From Podarcis muralis (lineage: Eukaryota): a stretch of 64,000 nt of DNA. The position numbers and the translations under genes are program-made. Under the pieces are notes generated by a model that made no database searches, was not told the origin of the DNA, and worked only from the letters and a program-made list of their open reading frames with translations. Positions 48,195 through 59,624 of the stretch are shown here, one piece after another; positions within the stretch are counted from its first letter, which is position 1, and the number at the start of each line of letters is the position of its first letter. Location: contig NC_135667.1 in NCBI RefSeq assembly GCF_964188315.1, forward strand, positions 23,002,001 to 23,066,000. Reading direction: 5' to 3'.

Positions 48195-50663
48195 ACAGGT
48201 AAGCTGTATGCATGAGGGTGTGGAGGTTTCACAACTGTGGTACACCATCTTGGTTTCAGCAAGCTCTCTGACAGTGTTCACCATGATAGTATAATTACTG
48301 AATGAGAGAAATGTGGGCTAGACGGTTATATAATCAGGTGGATGTGGAGCTTGTAGGAAAACTGAACTCAACAGCTTCTCATCAAAGTTTGGGGGTATTT
48401 TAAGTGGGATGCTTCAGGGCTTTGTTTTGAAGCTATTGCTCCTCAAAATGTTTATCGATGGCTGAAACAAAGAGGTGGAGAAAATCCACCTTCATTGAGT
48501 CTCAAAGCCTTAAAGATGGTCAAGAACCATACAGGAGCCTCCTAGTTGCATTTGTTTGCAAGGTCCCCAAACACACAACTCAGACATTTCTTGTACGGGT
48601 TCTGAAACAGGGAGTGGAAGTGGAACTATGTTCCAACTGGAACTATGAAGCAATTTGGAAGGCCTTTCTCCAACAGAGTGGAGCGTGTTTATGGCAGCAC
48701 CCTTCCTAATCTGCTGCCATGAGACAAGTGGCTCAGTTTGGCTCATGATCCAAGCTTCTCAAGTCCTTATGCATTTGCTTTTGTTGTTTTCCTTTTTTTT
48801 TCCTTTTTGGGTTTTATAAACAATAATAATGTTATACAAATAAGTATACCAAGTTTTCTCATGTCATTTGTATATCACAAAAATAGCATAATAAATGTGG
48901 AAAGGTATCTACAACATATGGTTCATTATTAGCGGTCAATGTATAAGTTCTTGGTTCATGAATTGATTTAAACAATTAGGAAGAAAAAGGGGAAAGAGTG
49001 GGGTGGGGTCGGGTGGTTATGCTTCTATTCTTCTACTTAGTAGTGGGGGGGTTGTGTCAGCTTTACTTGTCTGGGTTCTCTTACTATTCACTTGTATTTC
49101 CTTGGTGGTGAGAGAGGTTGGGGGTAGCTTAGGGTGTAAGTGGTTGTCTTTTGTTTGTCCTTATGCATTATCTGAATTTTCACAGGATGTTGAATGTGAT
49201 GGACTACAGGACCGCTTTCTATTATGTAACTATGATGTCTAACTCTTATAATCCATCTGAACAATACTCATGCATTTTATTTCAGCTGACCTATGGGTCA
49301 TTTCTACCACTAAAAGGTGTCAAAAAGCTATTCCCATTTCTGTATCAGATGGTCCCAAATGAAGCCCACCAGCACACAGGGATTGTGCGATTACTTCAGC
49401 ATTTTGGATGGACATGGGTTGGGCTTTGGGCTGTGGATGATGACAAAGGGGACAGGTTTTTACAGACAATGGTGCCAATGCTTTCTCAGAACGGCATCTG
49501 TTATGCCTACATAGTAAGAATACCAAAATGGAATTATGTGGATGAGATGATAGACTTTGCTTTACAGCATTTAGGAACCTATGCAATGGTCTTTGAAGAA
49601 AACCCAACTGTGTTCTTTATTTAGGGAGAACCTCCATGCTTTCAGGTTTTGAGAATGTTGCTATTAGTAGCACCCATACTAGGATTTCCACCTCTGGGGA
49701 AAGTATGGATAGTTACATCCCACTGGGACTTTGCATCACTGTCTATACAGAAGAATTGGGAGATACAAACATTTCATGGTTCCATTTCCCTCACAGTTCA
49801 CTCAAACCAGCCATTTGGATTCCAAAGGTTCATTCAGATGCTGAGCCCTTTTTGGGCCAAAGGAGATGGTTTTATCCAGGAGTTCTGGAAACAGGTATTC
49901 AACTGTTTATTTAAAATGTCGGATGAATCAGAGGAGGGAAATGAAAATGAAACCTGCACTGGCAAAGAGAAGCTGGAGAGCCTTCCTGGAATTCTGTTTG
50001 AAATGGACATGATTGGCCACAGCTACAACGTCTACAATGCTGTCTATGCTGTGGCACATGCTTTGCAGGCCATATACAAATCCAACTCCAAATACAGAGG
50101 ATTGGAAGAAAGGGGCAAACTGACATTTCCAAACGTGCAATCATGGCAGGTAATAACAAATCAATACTTTTAAACTATATGAAAAACCATAAAGCAGACT
50201 TGTGTTTGAGACAGAGACTTAAAAATAACTATAAATGCACAATTCAACTCCATTAAAATGGAGTTTGTGGAATTCTTTTTCTTTGGAAAAACACTGTCAG
50301 TCACATCATAAAATACAGACTAGGTGGGCAATCTCCACTAGGATAATCAGCTTAGCATGTGACATATTGCCAGCAAGGTCAACTGATTTCAATCAGGCTA
50401 AGCCAGTGTTAAGTCCTCAGCTGCAGCTCAGCTAAAGATACACCATCACAACTTGTTCATGGGGGCTCAGCTGACTTAGAAGCCTATTTAAGTCCAAAGG
50501 TGGGGCATGCTGAGGACAGGACGGGGTAGAAGGAGAAAGTGGGGACATAGGCAGGATCCTAAGATGACTCAGCTCTGTCACATGACTTGGGAATTCAGCA
50601 TAAAACGCAGTTTGAAAGGCTTGCTTTCCCTCTACCATGCTTAGGTAGCAGCAGCACTGCTAC

Positions 50664-51028
50664 TAAAGGTAAAGGTAAAGGTACCCCTGCCCGTACAGGC
50701 CAGTCTTGCCAGACTTTAGGGTTGTGCGCCAATCTCACTCAAGAGGCCGGGGGCCAGCGCTGTCCGCAGACACTTCCGGGTCACGTGGCCAGTGTGACAT
50801 CGCTGCTCTGGCAAGCCAGAGCCGCACACGGAAACGCCGTTTACCTTCCCGCTTGTAAGCGGTCCCTATTTATCTACTTGCACCCGGGGGTGCTTTCGAA
50901 CTGCTAGGTTGGCAGGCGCTGGGACCGAACAACGGGAGCGCACCCCACCGCGGGGATTCGAACCGCCGACCTTTCGATCGGCAAGCCCTAGGCTCTGAGG
51001 CTTTTATCCACAGCGCCACCCGCGTCCC
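50664..51028 (-). mobile_element. Sauria SINE in gene 4 intron 3
   Basis: taaaggtaaaggtaaaggtacccctgcccgtac...cagcgccacccgcgtccc, same family as 10242-10601. Confidence 0.9.
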
Positions 51029-52142
51029 CTAACTTTACACCAGCTTAATTTACACTAGCTTGCTTTGTGTCCATTTCTTGTGGATATAATTGCTCTCGGA
51101 TTGGGCGCCTACATAGATCAGCTTGCAGTGATGACAACTATAAGGTTTTTGGGAAGCTCGCTGAAATAATTTTAGGACTATGTTGTCTCTATTCATTTCC
51201 TCTTTCAATCTAGGTCCATCATTTTCTAAGGCGCATCATATTCAATAATAGTGCTGGAGACAAAGTGTGCTTTGATGAAAATGGAGAATTGGTTACAGGT
51301 TTTGATGTCACAAACTGGGTGATGTTTCCCAATGGTTCTGTGGTAAGAGTAAAAATGGGAAAATTGGACCCTCTGGCTCCTCCAGGCAAAGAGTTAACCA
51401 TTCATGATGACCAGATTGTGTGGCATCCAAGCTTTAATCAGGTGAGACATACCAGAAAGTGAAGTTTGGGTCACTTTGTCATTGCTCTTTGCTTTTTGGC
51501 AGCTAGATTATGCAGGCTAACAATATTTCGTATATACATTTTACTATATATTTCTTGTAGTATAAACATTTTGTATGCATATTTGTATGCTATTTCCACT
51601 AATCTACACATTTATGTACATTTTCTGTACTCTATATTATTGTGCACTTTAACAGTTATGCATTTTGGTGCACATTATTTGGTTGGAGAACTTCACAAAA
51701 TGTGGAGAAGGGCAAGTTTTGGTTGTGTTTCAGTTTACACATTGTAGGGTTCTAAACCACACACTGAGCCAACAGGGTGGACATGAGTAAATATTCAGAA
51801 AGGAAGGCTTCTCATGAGACATTCAGCCTGATGTGGACAGTAATTAATGGCAAAAGCATGGAAGGGGAAGTTGGGCCAACTGGTTCTACCAACGTAAGTC
51901 TCATCAAAGAGCTGAATGAATGAAGAGCACTAATCCCAGTTTTATACTATTATGTTCAGGTGCTGCCCCTTTCCATGTGCAATGACAACTGCTATCCTGG
52001 CTATAGTAGGAAAAAGAAGGAGGGAGAGAAATTTTGCTGTTATGACTGTGCTCCATGCCCAGAAGGAATGATATCTGGCCAGAAGGGTAAGAGACAATTA
52101 TGTAATGTGATATCATTCATCTTTTGTAAATTTACCATATTT

Positions 52143-53212
52143 CATAGAATAGAATCATAGAATCATAGAGTTGGAATAGACCACAAGGGCCATCGAGTCC
52201 AACCCCCTGCCAAGCAGGAAACGCCATCAGAGCACTCCTGACATATGGTTGTCAAGCCTCTGCTTAAAGACCTCCAAAGACGGAGACTCCACCACACTCC
52301 TTGGCAGCAAATTCCACTGTCGAACAGCTCTTACTGTCAGGAAGTTCTTCCTAATGTTCAGGTGGAATCTTCTTTCTTGTAGTTTGGATCCATTGCTCCG
52401 TGTCCGCTTCTCTGGAACAGCAGAAAACAGCCTTTCTCCCTCCTCTATGTGACATCCTTTTATATATTTGAACATGGCTATCATATCACCCCTTAACCTC
52501 CTCTTCTCCAGGCTAAACATGCCCAGCTCCCTTAGCCGTTCCTCATAAGGCATCGTTTCCAGGCCTTTGACCATTTTGGTTGCCCTCCTCTGGACACATT
52601 CCAGTTTGTCAGTGTCCTTCTTGAACTGTGGTGCCCAGAACTGGACACAGTACTCCAGGTGAGGTCTGACCAGAGCAGAATACAGTGGCACTATTACTTC
52701 CCTTGATCTAGATGCTATACTCCTATTGATGCAACCCAGAATTGCATTGGCTTTTTTAGCTGCCGCGTCACACTGTTGGCTCATGTCAAGTTTGTGGTCA
52801 ACCAAGACTCCTAGATCCTTTTCACATGTACTGCTCTCAAGCCAGGTGTCCCCCATCTTGTATTTGTGCCTCTCATTTTTTTTTGCCCAAGTGCAATACT
52901 TTACATTTCTCCCTGTTAAAGTTCATCTTGTTTGTTTTGGCCCAGTTCTCTAATCTGTCAAGGTCGTTTTGAAGTGTGATCCTGTCCTCTGGGGTGTTAG
53001 CCACCCCTCCCAGTTTGGTGTCATCTGCAAATTTGATCAGGATGCCCTTCAGTCCATCATCCAAGTCGTTGATAAAGATGTTGAATAAGACCGGGCCCAA
53101 GACAGAACCCTGTGGCACCCCACTAGTCACTCTTCTCCAGGATGAAGAGGAACCATTGATGAGCACCCTTTGGGTTCGGTCAGTCAGCCAGTTACAAATC
53201 CACTGAGTGGTA
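52143..53212 (-). mobile_element. CR1 LINE, 5'-truncated, in gene 4 intron 5
   Basis: ORFs with [55 protein letters not shown]; (ATTCTATG)-type tail at 52143. A 27-bp tandem duplication (53194-53220, 53221-53247) sits at the 5' junction. Confidence 0.92.
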
Positions 53213-55373
53213 AATTTGATACAAATCCACTGAGTGGTAAATTTGATTTGAGACGTACGACCCAAGCACAAGAGCACTCCTCATTCCAGTCATTTCCAGC
53301 AGCTGGTATTCAGAAGCACACTGTCTCCAACTGTAGTAATCATTGATACTCCTAATCTTCATCAATTTCTCCAATTCACTTTTAAAGCCATGCAAGTTGG
53401 GATTGGAAAGATCGTCTAGAAAAAGATTCCCAAACCAGTCAAGAGGGGGTGTGGTGACCCCCTGGATCTGTGATACTATTTGGAGTACCTCAGGAGTGTG
53501 ATTGTTAAAAGGTTGGGTAACTGACAGAAAATACCACCTTGTTTAAGAACCAAAGTATTTAGCTGTGAAGGAAGTTGTGTATGGAGCTTGTTTAAGAACC
53601 AAATTATTAAGCTGTAACATGCAACTACTTTAACTTAAGGAACTGGAGTAAAATAATTCCAAATAAGCTGAGCATTTTCCATCTAGTCTAGAAACCTGTA
53701 ACATATACCTGAATCATAACAAATGAAGCGTAATTTCACCACTTCCACCGATTGTGGCAAACCCTGACTCCATATGATTCCTATAAATATATTTTTAACC
53801 ACCACAGGTTATCTTTTGGATTTTGTATGAGGAAAATCTTCGATTCTTGGAGTTGAACAAATAAGAAAGATTTATTTAACATAACAAAGCTGATAAAACA
53901 AAAGGTTTATCAGGAGGCAATGTTCTATTAGGAAAAAGTTACCTTAGGAATAATTATACTAATTCTAATTGATGTTACAGGCTTCTAAACAAGCAGAGCT
54001 ACTTTTAAACTTCAGTTGCTTTTTTTCAGCTATTATGCTTCAGATAGATGTTACACTTTTCCAGAATAGACGGGGAAAGGGTTTCACAATAAACTGCAGA
54101 TACCAAAGTGTTATCATACAAATATTTGGTGTGACTGTATTTGAAATACTGTGTAGAGTTCTGGCTGCTTCACCTCAAAAAACCACTACTGTGCTTTACT
54201 CTATTGATTGTACTTTACTAGTTGATCTCTTGATTATTTGGAGTACATCAACAAGAATTTCTGACTCACTTTTTAAAAAGAGGAAGAAAAAGCCATCAAC
54301 AGCAAGCTTTACACTAAATGGATTATTGGAATTTGTAATTTCTATAATTATGTATGTCAACCTATAGAAATATTTGAACCATTCATTTTCATTTTTCAGA
54401 TATGGACGCCTGTGTGAAATGTCCAGAAGACCAATACCCAAACAAGGACAAAACTCGATGCATTCACAAGGATCTAACCTATCTGTCATACAAATTAGAT
54501 TTAGGGATCATCTTAGCCATCTTGACTATTGCTTTCTCATCGATCACAGCTTTAGTTCTTGGAATTTTTATGAAGCACAAAGAGACCCCAATAGTTAAAG
54601 CCAACAATCGGAACCTCACCTACATCCTGCTCATCTCCCTCCTCCTTTGCTTCCTCAGCTCCTTACTCTTTATTGGGAAGCCTGGAAATGTGATCTGCCT
54701 TCTCAGACAAACAGTGTTTGCTTTCATATTCTCTGTGGCTCTTTCCAGCATTTTGGCAAAAACCATCACCGTGGTTATGGCATTTATGGCAACCAAGCCA
54801 GGTTCAAAAATGAGAAAATGGATAGGGAAAAGATTGACAAATTCTATCATCCTTTCCTGCTCCTTTCTTCAAGTTGCCATATGTACTCTTTGGTTAAGTA
54901 CTTCCCCTCCTTTCCCAGACAAAGACATGCACTCAGCAAAGACAGAAATCATACTAGAATGTAATGAAGGTTCAGCTACCATGTTTTATTGTGTCTTGGG
55001 CTATATGGGTTTCCTGGCCCTTATTAGCTTTATTATGGCTTTCCTGGCCAGAAAGTTACCTGACAGTTTCAATGAGGCCAAATTTATCACTTTCAGCATG
55101 TTGGTGTTTTGCAGTGTTTGGCTGACTTTTGTTCCAACGTACTTGAGCACCAAAGGGAAATACATGGTAGCTGTGGAAATATTCTCCATCTTATCATCCA
55201 GTGCTGGGATATTGGGCTGCATCTTTTTCCCTAAATGCTACATTATTGCACTGAGGCCTGAACTGAATAACAGGGAGCAATTAATAAGGAAAATAAAATG
55301 AAAACTTATGTCCACAACTACATTTTGCTCCTGAATATACATATATTTACTTTGCTGTATAAGTCATTTGCAT

Positions 55374-56240
55374 TGCGTGGACAGGCGGAGTCCCCAGATC
55401 CCCCGCGGTCCCCCCGTCATGTGGAATAACGACTCGAGACAACGTGCTATGGGATTAAATTGGCCACAACTTTATTAAATTTCAAATGTGGGTAGACCTT
55501 GGCTCAGGCATTGGGCGTTCTCCCTCCCCAGTCCCCAGCCGGGGACCTAGGGAGCAACAGAGTTATCCAGTGGGGGGGGGGGGGTGGGCCGGCTCTGGAG
55601 AACATATGTTCAAGCAGAGATGGCCGCCCCCGTTACGCCGCCGCAGGGGAGAGCAATGACAACCTTTCGGCGCACGGCCAAAGCCTCCCTTCAGAAACCC
55701 CTTTAACGGGGAACCCTGGTATCGCCGCCGCAAAGAGGAAGATGGACTAAAGGATTCTGCCCAAGGCCTGATACCGCCAAAGTTGTGACGTTTTGCTACG
55801 GGAAAGGCGAAACCTGCCAATGCAGGGAAATTCCTTTCCAGCCCTTTAACAGCGACCTTACGTAGCAGCGCCCGCATACCTGTGAAGAAAAGTTAACCTG
55901 TGAAACCTGTGAAGAAAAGTTAACCTGCAAAAGAAGACATTAACTGAGGGTGGGTAGGGTGGGAGAAGCTCTGGAGCCAAGTGAGGATTCCCAGGTAAGA
56001 TCCTCCCTCTATTGTGTGGGCAGGTAGTCCCTCCCCTACCTGGCCTGGTCTCCTTGGCAACGCTTCCCCCAGGTGGGATTGGGCAAATGACTGAGGTAGG
56101 CGGAGACCTCCAGGTATCCCACCTGAGGGAAGGCAAGGCCAAGCCTATGCTGTTGGAGCCACTCCAGATCTAGGGGCTGCACGCGTCCACGCAAAGGGCG
56201 CCCCCCGTTTTAAGCGGGGAGCGGTCATTATATCATCACA
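55374..56240 (-). mobile_element. Probable solo LTR (ERV-like) downstream of gene 4
   Basis: On the minus strand it begins TGTGATG (56240) and ends CCACGCA (55374), with aataaagttgtggcc near its 3' end; GC-rich; internal short repeats ttaacctg..aagaa. The flanks do not form a TSD. Confidence 0.6.
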
Positions 56241-56241
56241 T

Positions 56242-56315
56242 TCTGGCCTTTTGGGTTGCATCTTTTCCTCTAAATGCTACATCATTCTGTTAGAGTCCAG
56301 CTGAATAACTGAGAG
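56242..56315 (+). pseudogene. Remnant of the last codons of a V2R exon 6
   Basis: Translates SGLLGCIFSSKCYIILLESS* versus [22 protein letters not shown] in the intact genes. Confidence 0.8.
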
Positions 56316-58841
56316 AATGAATAGTATAATAGATCTAGAGAAAACAAGCTATATGGATAACATTGTCATGAATGTTATTATGTCCACTTCTTTCTACTCC
56401 TGTATATATTTTCATTGGAGTTGGCAAGTACTGCATAGGCGCTTGTTTAAGCAAGCATCCCTCAGAGAATTCTTGCAAGTAGAGCTGAGACAGACCCATG
56501 TCACCCAAAGTGCCTGTCCACCTTCATTCTACTAGTCCAGTCGCTCCACACTCTGGGTGACTGCTACTTGATTTCGGAGGAGAAATATCTAGCTTTGGTG
56601 CCTAGTGTACAGTTATTTAGCATCATGGGTGGTGCATCCCATTTCACTACTTGAGGTAAAATGGGAAGTGCTGCTGGTTCTGCCATTCGACCTGCTCTGT
56701 CACCTCCTTGGCCAGCATCGGCACCTATTTCCTGTAAGATCTCATAAGATCTCACCAACATGTCATGAGATATCTCACTCCCTGTGTGATCTCACAAGAT
56801 TTTGGTAAAAACTCATGAGATCTCATCGGAAATTGGTGCCAATACTGGCTCTGCTTCTCTGCCAGTGGTGGTGACAGTGGTGGAGTTTGGGCATCCACAG
56901 GGGCACTGCCTCATGGGCTTCTGCTACCTGAGATGGCTGTTTCACCCCACTTCATGGGTGGGCTGCCCCTGGGTAGCAGTTGAGAGATCTTTCCCAAATG
57001 AGAGAGGAACACTACCTGTGTTCCATCCCCCATAATTGTTCATATAGAAGACATTGCTATCATAGTGAACAAGTTTCTTTTTCCTACAAAGGTTGTAGAA
57101 CTTGTGTTTTAGCCCCTTGATCCCTCACAGAAAAGATACTACTAGGTTAACTCTACTTGGAGGTGAGAGTGGGGAGAATCAGTCAGCCACAGGAATTTGA
57201 CCTTTGTACACAAAGAGGCACAAATGCAGAAATGCAGCTACAAAGGTCAGATAGTGATACCGACAGAAATAGTGGGAGTGCAATCTCCCCGATCTCGTGG
57301 ACTCACAAGATTAACTGAGAAGCACAAAACTAACAGGAAGAGATGGTGGCGTTTTTCCTGTTGGGGGAAAAGGGGGCAGACCTCAGTTCCAGCAACTGTG
57401 TCATCAGAGGAGGACTGAAATTAGCTGAACTCCAACTGAGGCTTCTTAATTGACAAATAAATCTGAAATAATTAACTGCCGGAGTCATTTTGTGTGTGTG
57501 GGAGAGACCCAAGCCTGACATCCAAATTACTAGAAAGGATAAATACAGCCTAGTTTGGCAGATGATACTCAATGATATTCAGTGCCAGAAAAAAAGAGAG
57601 TTTTTCTATCATAGATAGATTAATGTCACCAAAATGATTATTTTTCCAAAAGTAAGCTTTCTATTTCAAACAATTCTACTTTGGATGTCATAAAATCTAT
57701 TGCAAAATCTATTGCTGTACAAAACTTTTAGATTTGCTCAGAAAAAGAAACCCCGTAAAAACAAGCCAAATTTGTATTTTCCTGAAGAAGATGACTGGGG
57801 CCTATTCCAATTTAGTAACATATTATCTGTCAAATCACTTCCATCATACTATTCCTAATTTTCCAGACGGAATGGGATTAGAATCTAAAAGAAATGAGGG
57901 TTTCCATTTTCTGCTTTTCCATTATTGAAGCATAAATTTAGATTGAAGTTAAAACTACTCAATAAATTCACGCAGACCATTTATAACAATTGGAAACAAA
58001 GGGTGGCTAGCTTACCTCCTGCCCGATCACCATAAACCCCCTAGCATACCACCTTACTTTTCATAACTTTTGACGCAGGTCCCACCCCAACTTCCCTGGG
58101 ACTGCTAAAGAACTGTGTGCCATGAGGCAAGGCAGAAGCAAGAAGCACCTATATCATCAGCTCCCAGTTGGCATGCAAGGACTCTGTCAATCTTCAGCTT
58201 ATATAATGTGTCTGTTTTAATGTTCAAATTGCTCACCACTTTGGGTGCCTCAACAGAAAGGTGGCATATAAATCCAATTAATAATAAAAAAATCATATAT
58301 AATATAAACTCCAGGTGTGTGTCAGGGTCTATAAACAGTCTCTCAGTTCACTTCATCATTTTCAGTTCTGGGGAATGCTCTCAAAATGTTTAAGCTGTGC
58401 TAAGTGGGTGAGGGCACTCATGATTAATTGTCTCAATTTTCTGGGTCAGCACTGCATTCTGCACATCAGTTAAGGTTTCAACAGAAGAGCAATATATGTT
58501 TGACAGAACTCCCCCCTCCTAAGTCCTCTAGAATATGTCAGGAGAAAACTTAACATCTCCACCAAACTTGCAAAGAGGGAAGGTTGCTGTTACCCCTAAG
58601 ATCACGAAAAGGAGATCAATTTAACCATCCACACACCTTCAGGTCTCCCTGCCCAGTCAAGAAAATCAAATCATGATAGTACTGTATATCCAAATATATT
58701 TTACTAAGGCAAATTAATAATTGTCATAATATTAACAATAAGTAGGACAAACAAAATTGGAAAGGGATCTGTTAAAGAACATGGAGCCATAAACATGATA
58801 AAATTCCTCAGGCTGTGATTTTAAACTGGAGCATTCACACA

Positions 58842-58977
58842 ATCATAGAATCATAGTGTTGGAAGGGACCCAAGGGTTATCCAGTCCAACCCCCTGCAAT
58901 GCAGGAAACTCAGCTAAAGCATCCATGGTAGATGGCCATCCAACCTCTGCATAAAAACCTCCAAGGAAGGAGAGTCC
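58842..58977 (-). mobile_element. CR1 3'-end fragment
   Basis: atcatagaatcatagtgttggaagggaccc...tccaaccccctgc...aaaacctccaaggaaggagagtcc, matching 52150-52290. Confidence 0.75.
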
Positions 58978-59624
58978 ATTCACATTATGTGAAATAGGAA
59001 TCACAAGGGAACTGAATTGTAGTCCTGCACTTACTCAGCTATGTGCTACATATAATCTCTCAAAGAAGTATAGCAGCAAAATTTGGGGGGGGGGGACTTC
59101 CTAGTCAAGAATGATGCAACCTCAAAGGCCAACAGCACATTGGTGAAATAATAATTATTCTTATCACTCAGAAAATTACTGCTTTCTATCCTCTGGCCCA
59201 CTGGAGATTCCAGAGCCTGTAAGCAAGATCAATAGTCAGCATTTGAAGAGAACTATAAAACCCTTGTGTTACTCTAAATTTGATCTAGGGATAGGCTGGG
59301 CTTTGGAAATAATAACATGTACATTCCATTCCTTTGAAATTGAGGGTTAAAGTTACAGTTTTGGTTTCTTTGCTCATGATGCATAAAGAAATCTGTATGT
59401 TGATTTCAAACACTCCTCTTTACCCAATGAAATGAGGATATACAAGAAATGCAGTGTTTGGGGACACAGACAGATAATATGATATTTCTAAACATACAAC
59501 CAGGATCTCAGAGCACTGATTCCCTAACTAGACATGTGGTAAACCTGTTTAGCAACAATATCATTCAGCATTCAAGGATGTAGCAAAACTACTAACAGTC
59601 ACATGCAAGGCTGCATTTGGAAGC

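Larger units (their letters stand above)
43012..55301 (+). pseudogene. Vmn2r26-like: V2R gene 4, probable recent pseudogene or null allele
   Basis: Exons 43012-43271, 46498-46789, 49286-50149, 51214-51441, 51960-52086, 54400-55301. In-frame TAG at 49622-49624 where paralogs have TAT (FFIYGEPP). The exon-2 donor is disrupted by an L2 insertion; the other exons are open. Confidence 0.88.

Noticed and set aside
48770-49200. Possible extended exon 3 (ORF starting 49151)
   Set aside because: The upstream part is intronic, including an antisense copy of the short repeat seen at about 15775-15960; the true acceptor at 49284-49285 matches the paralogs.
56560-57420. Semi-palindromic gagatctc-rich stretch and adjacent unexplained sequence
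   Set aside because: Probably decayed DNA-transposon remnants; I could not define ends, TSDs or coding signal.
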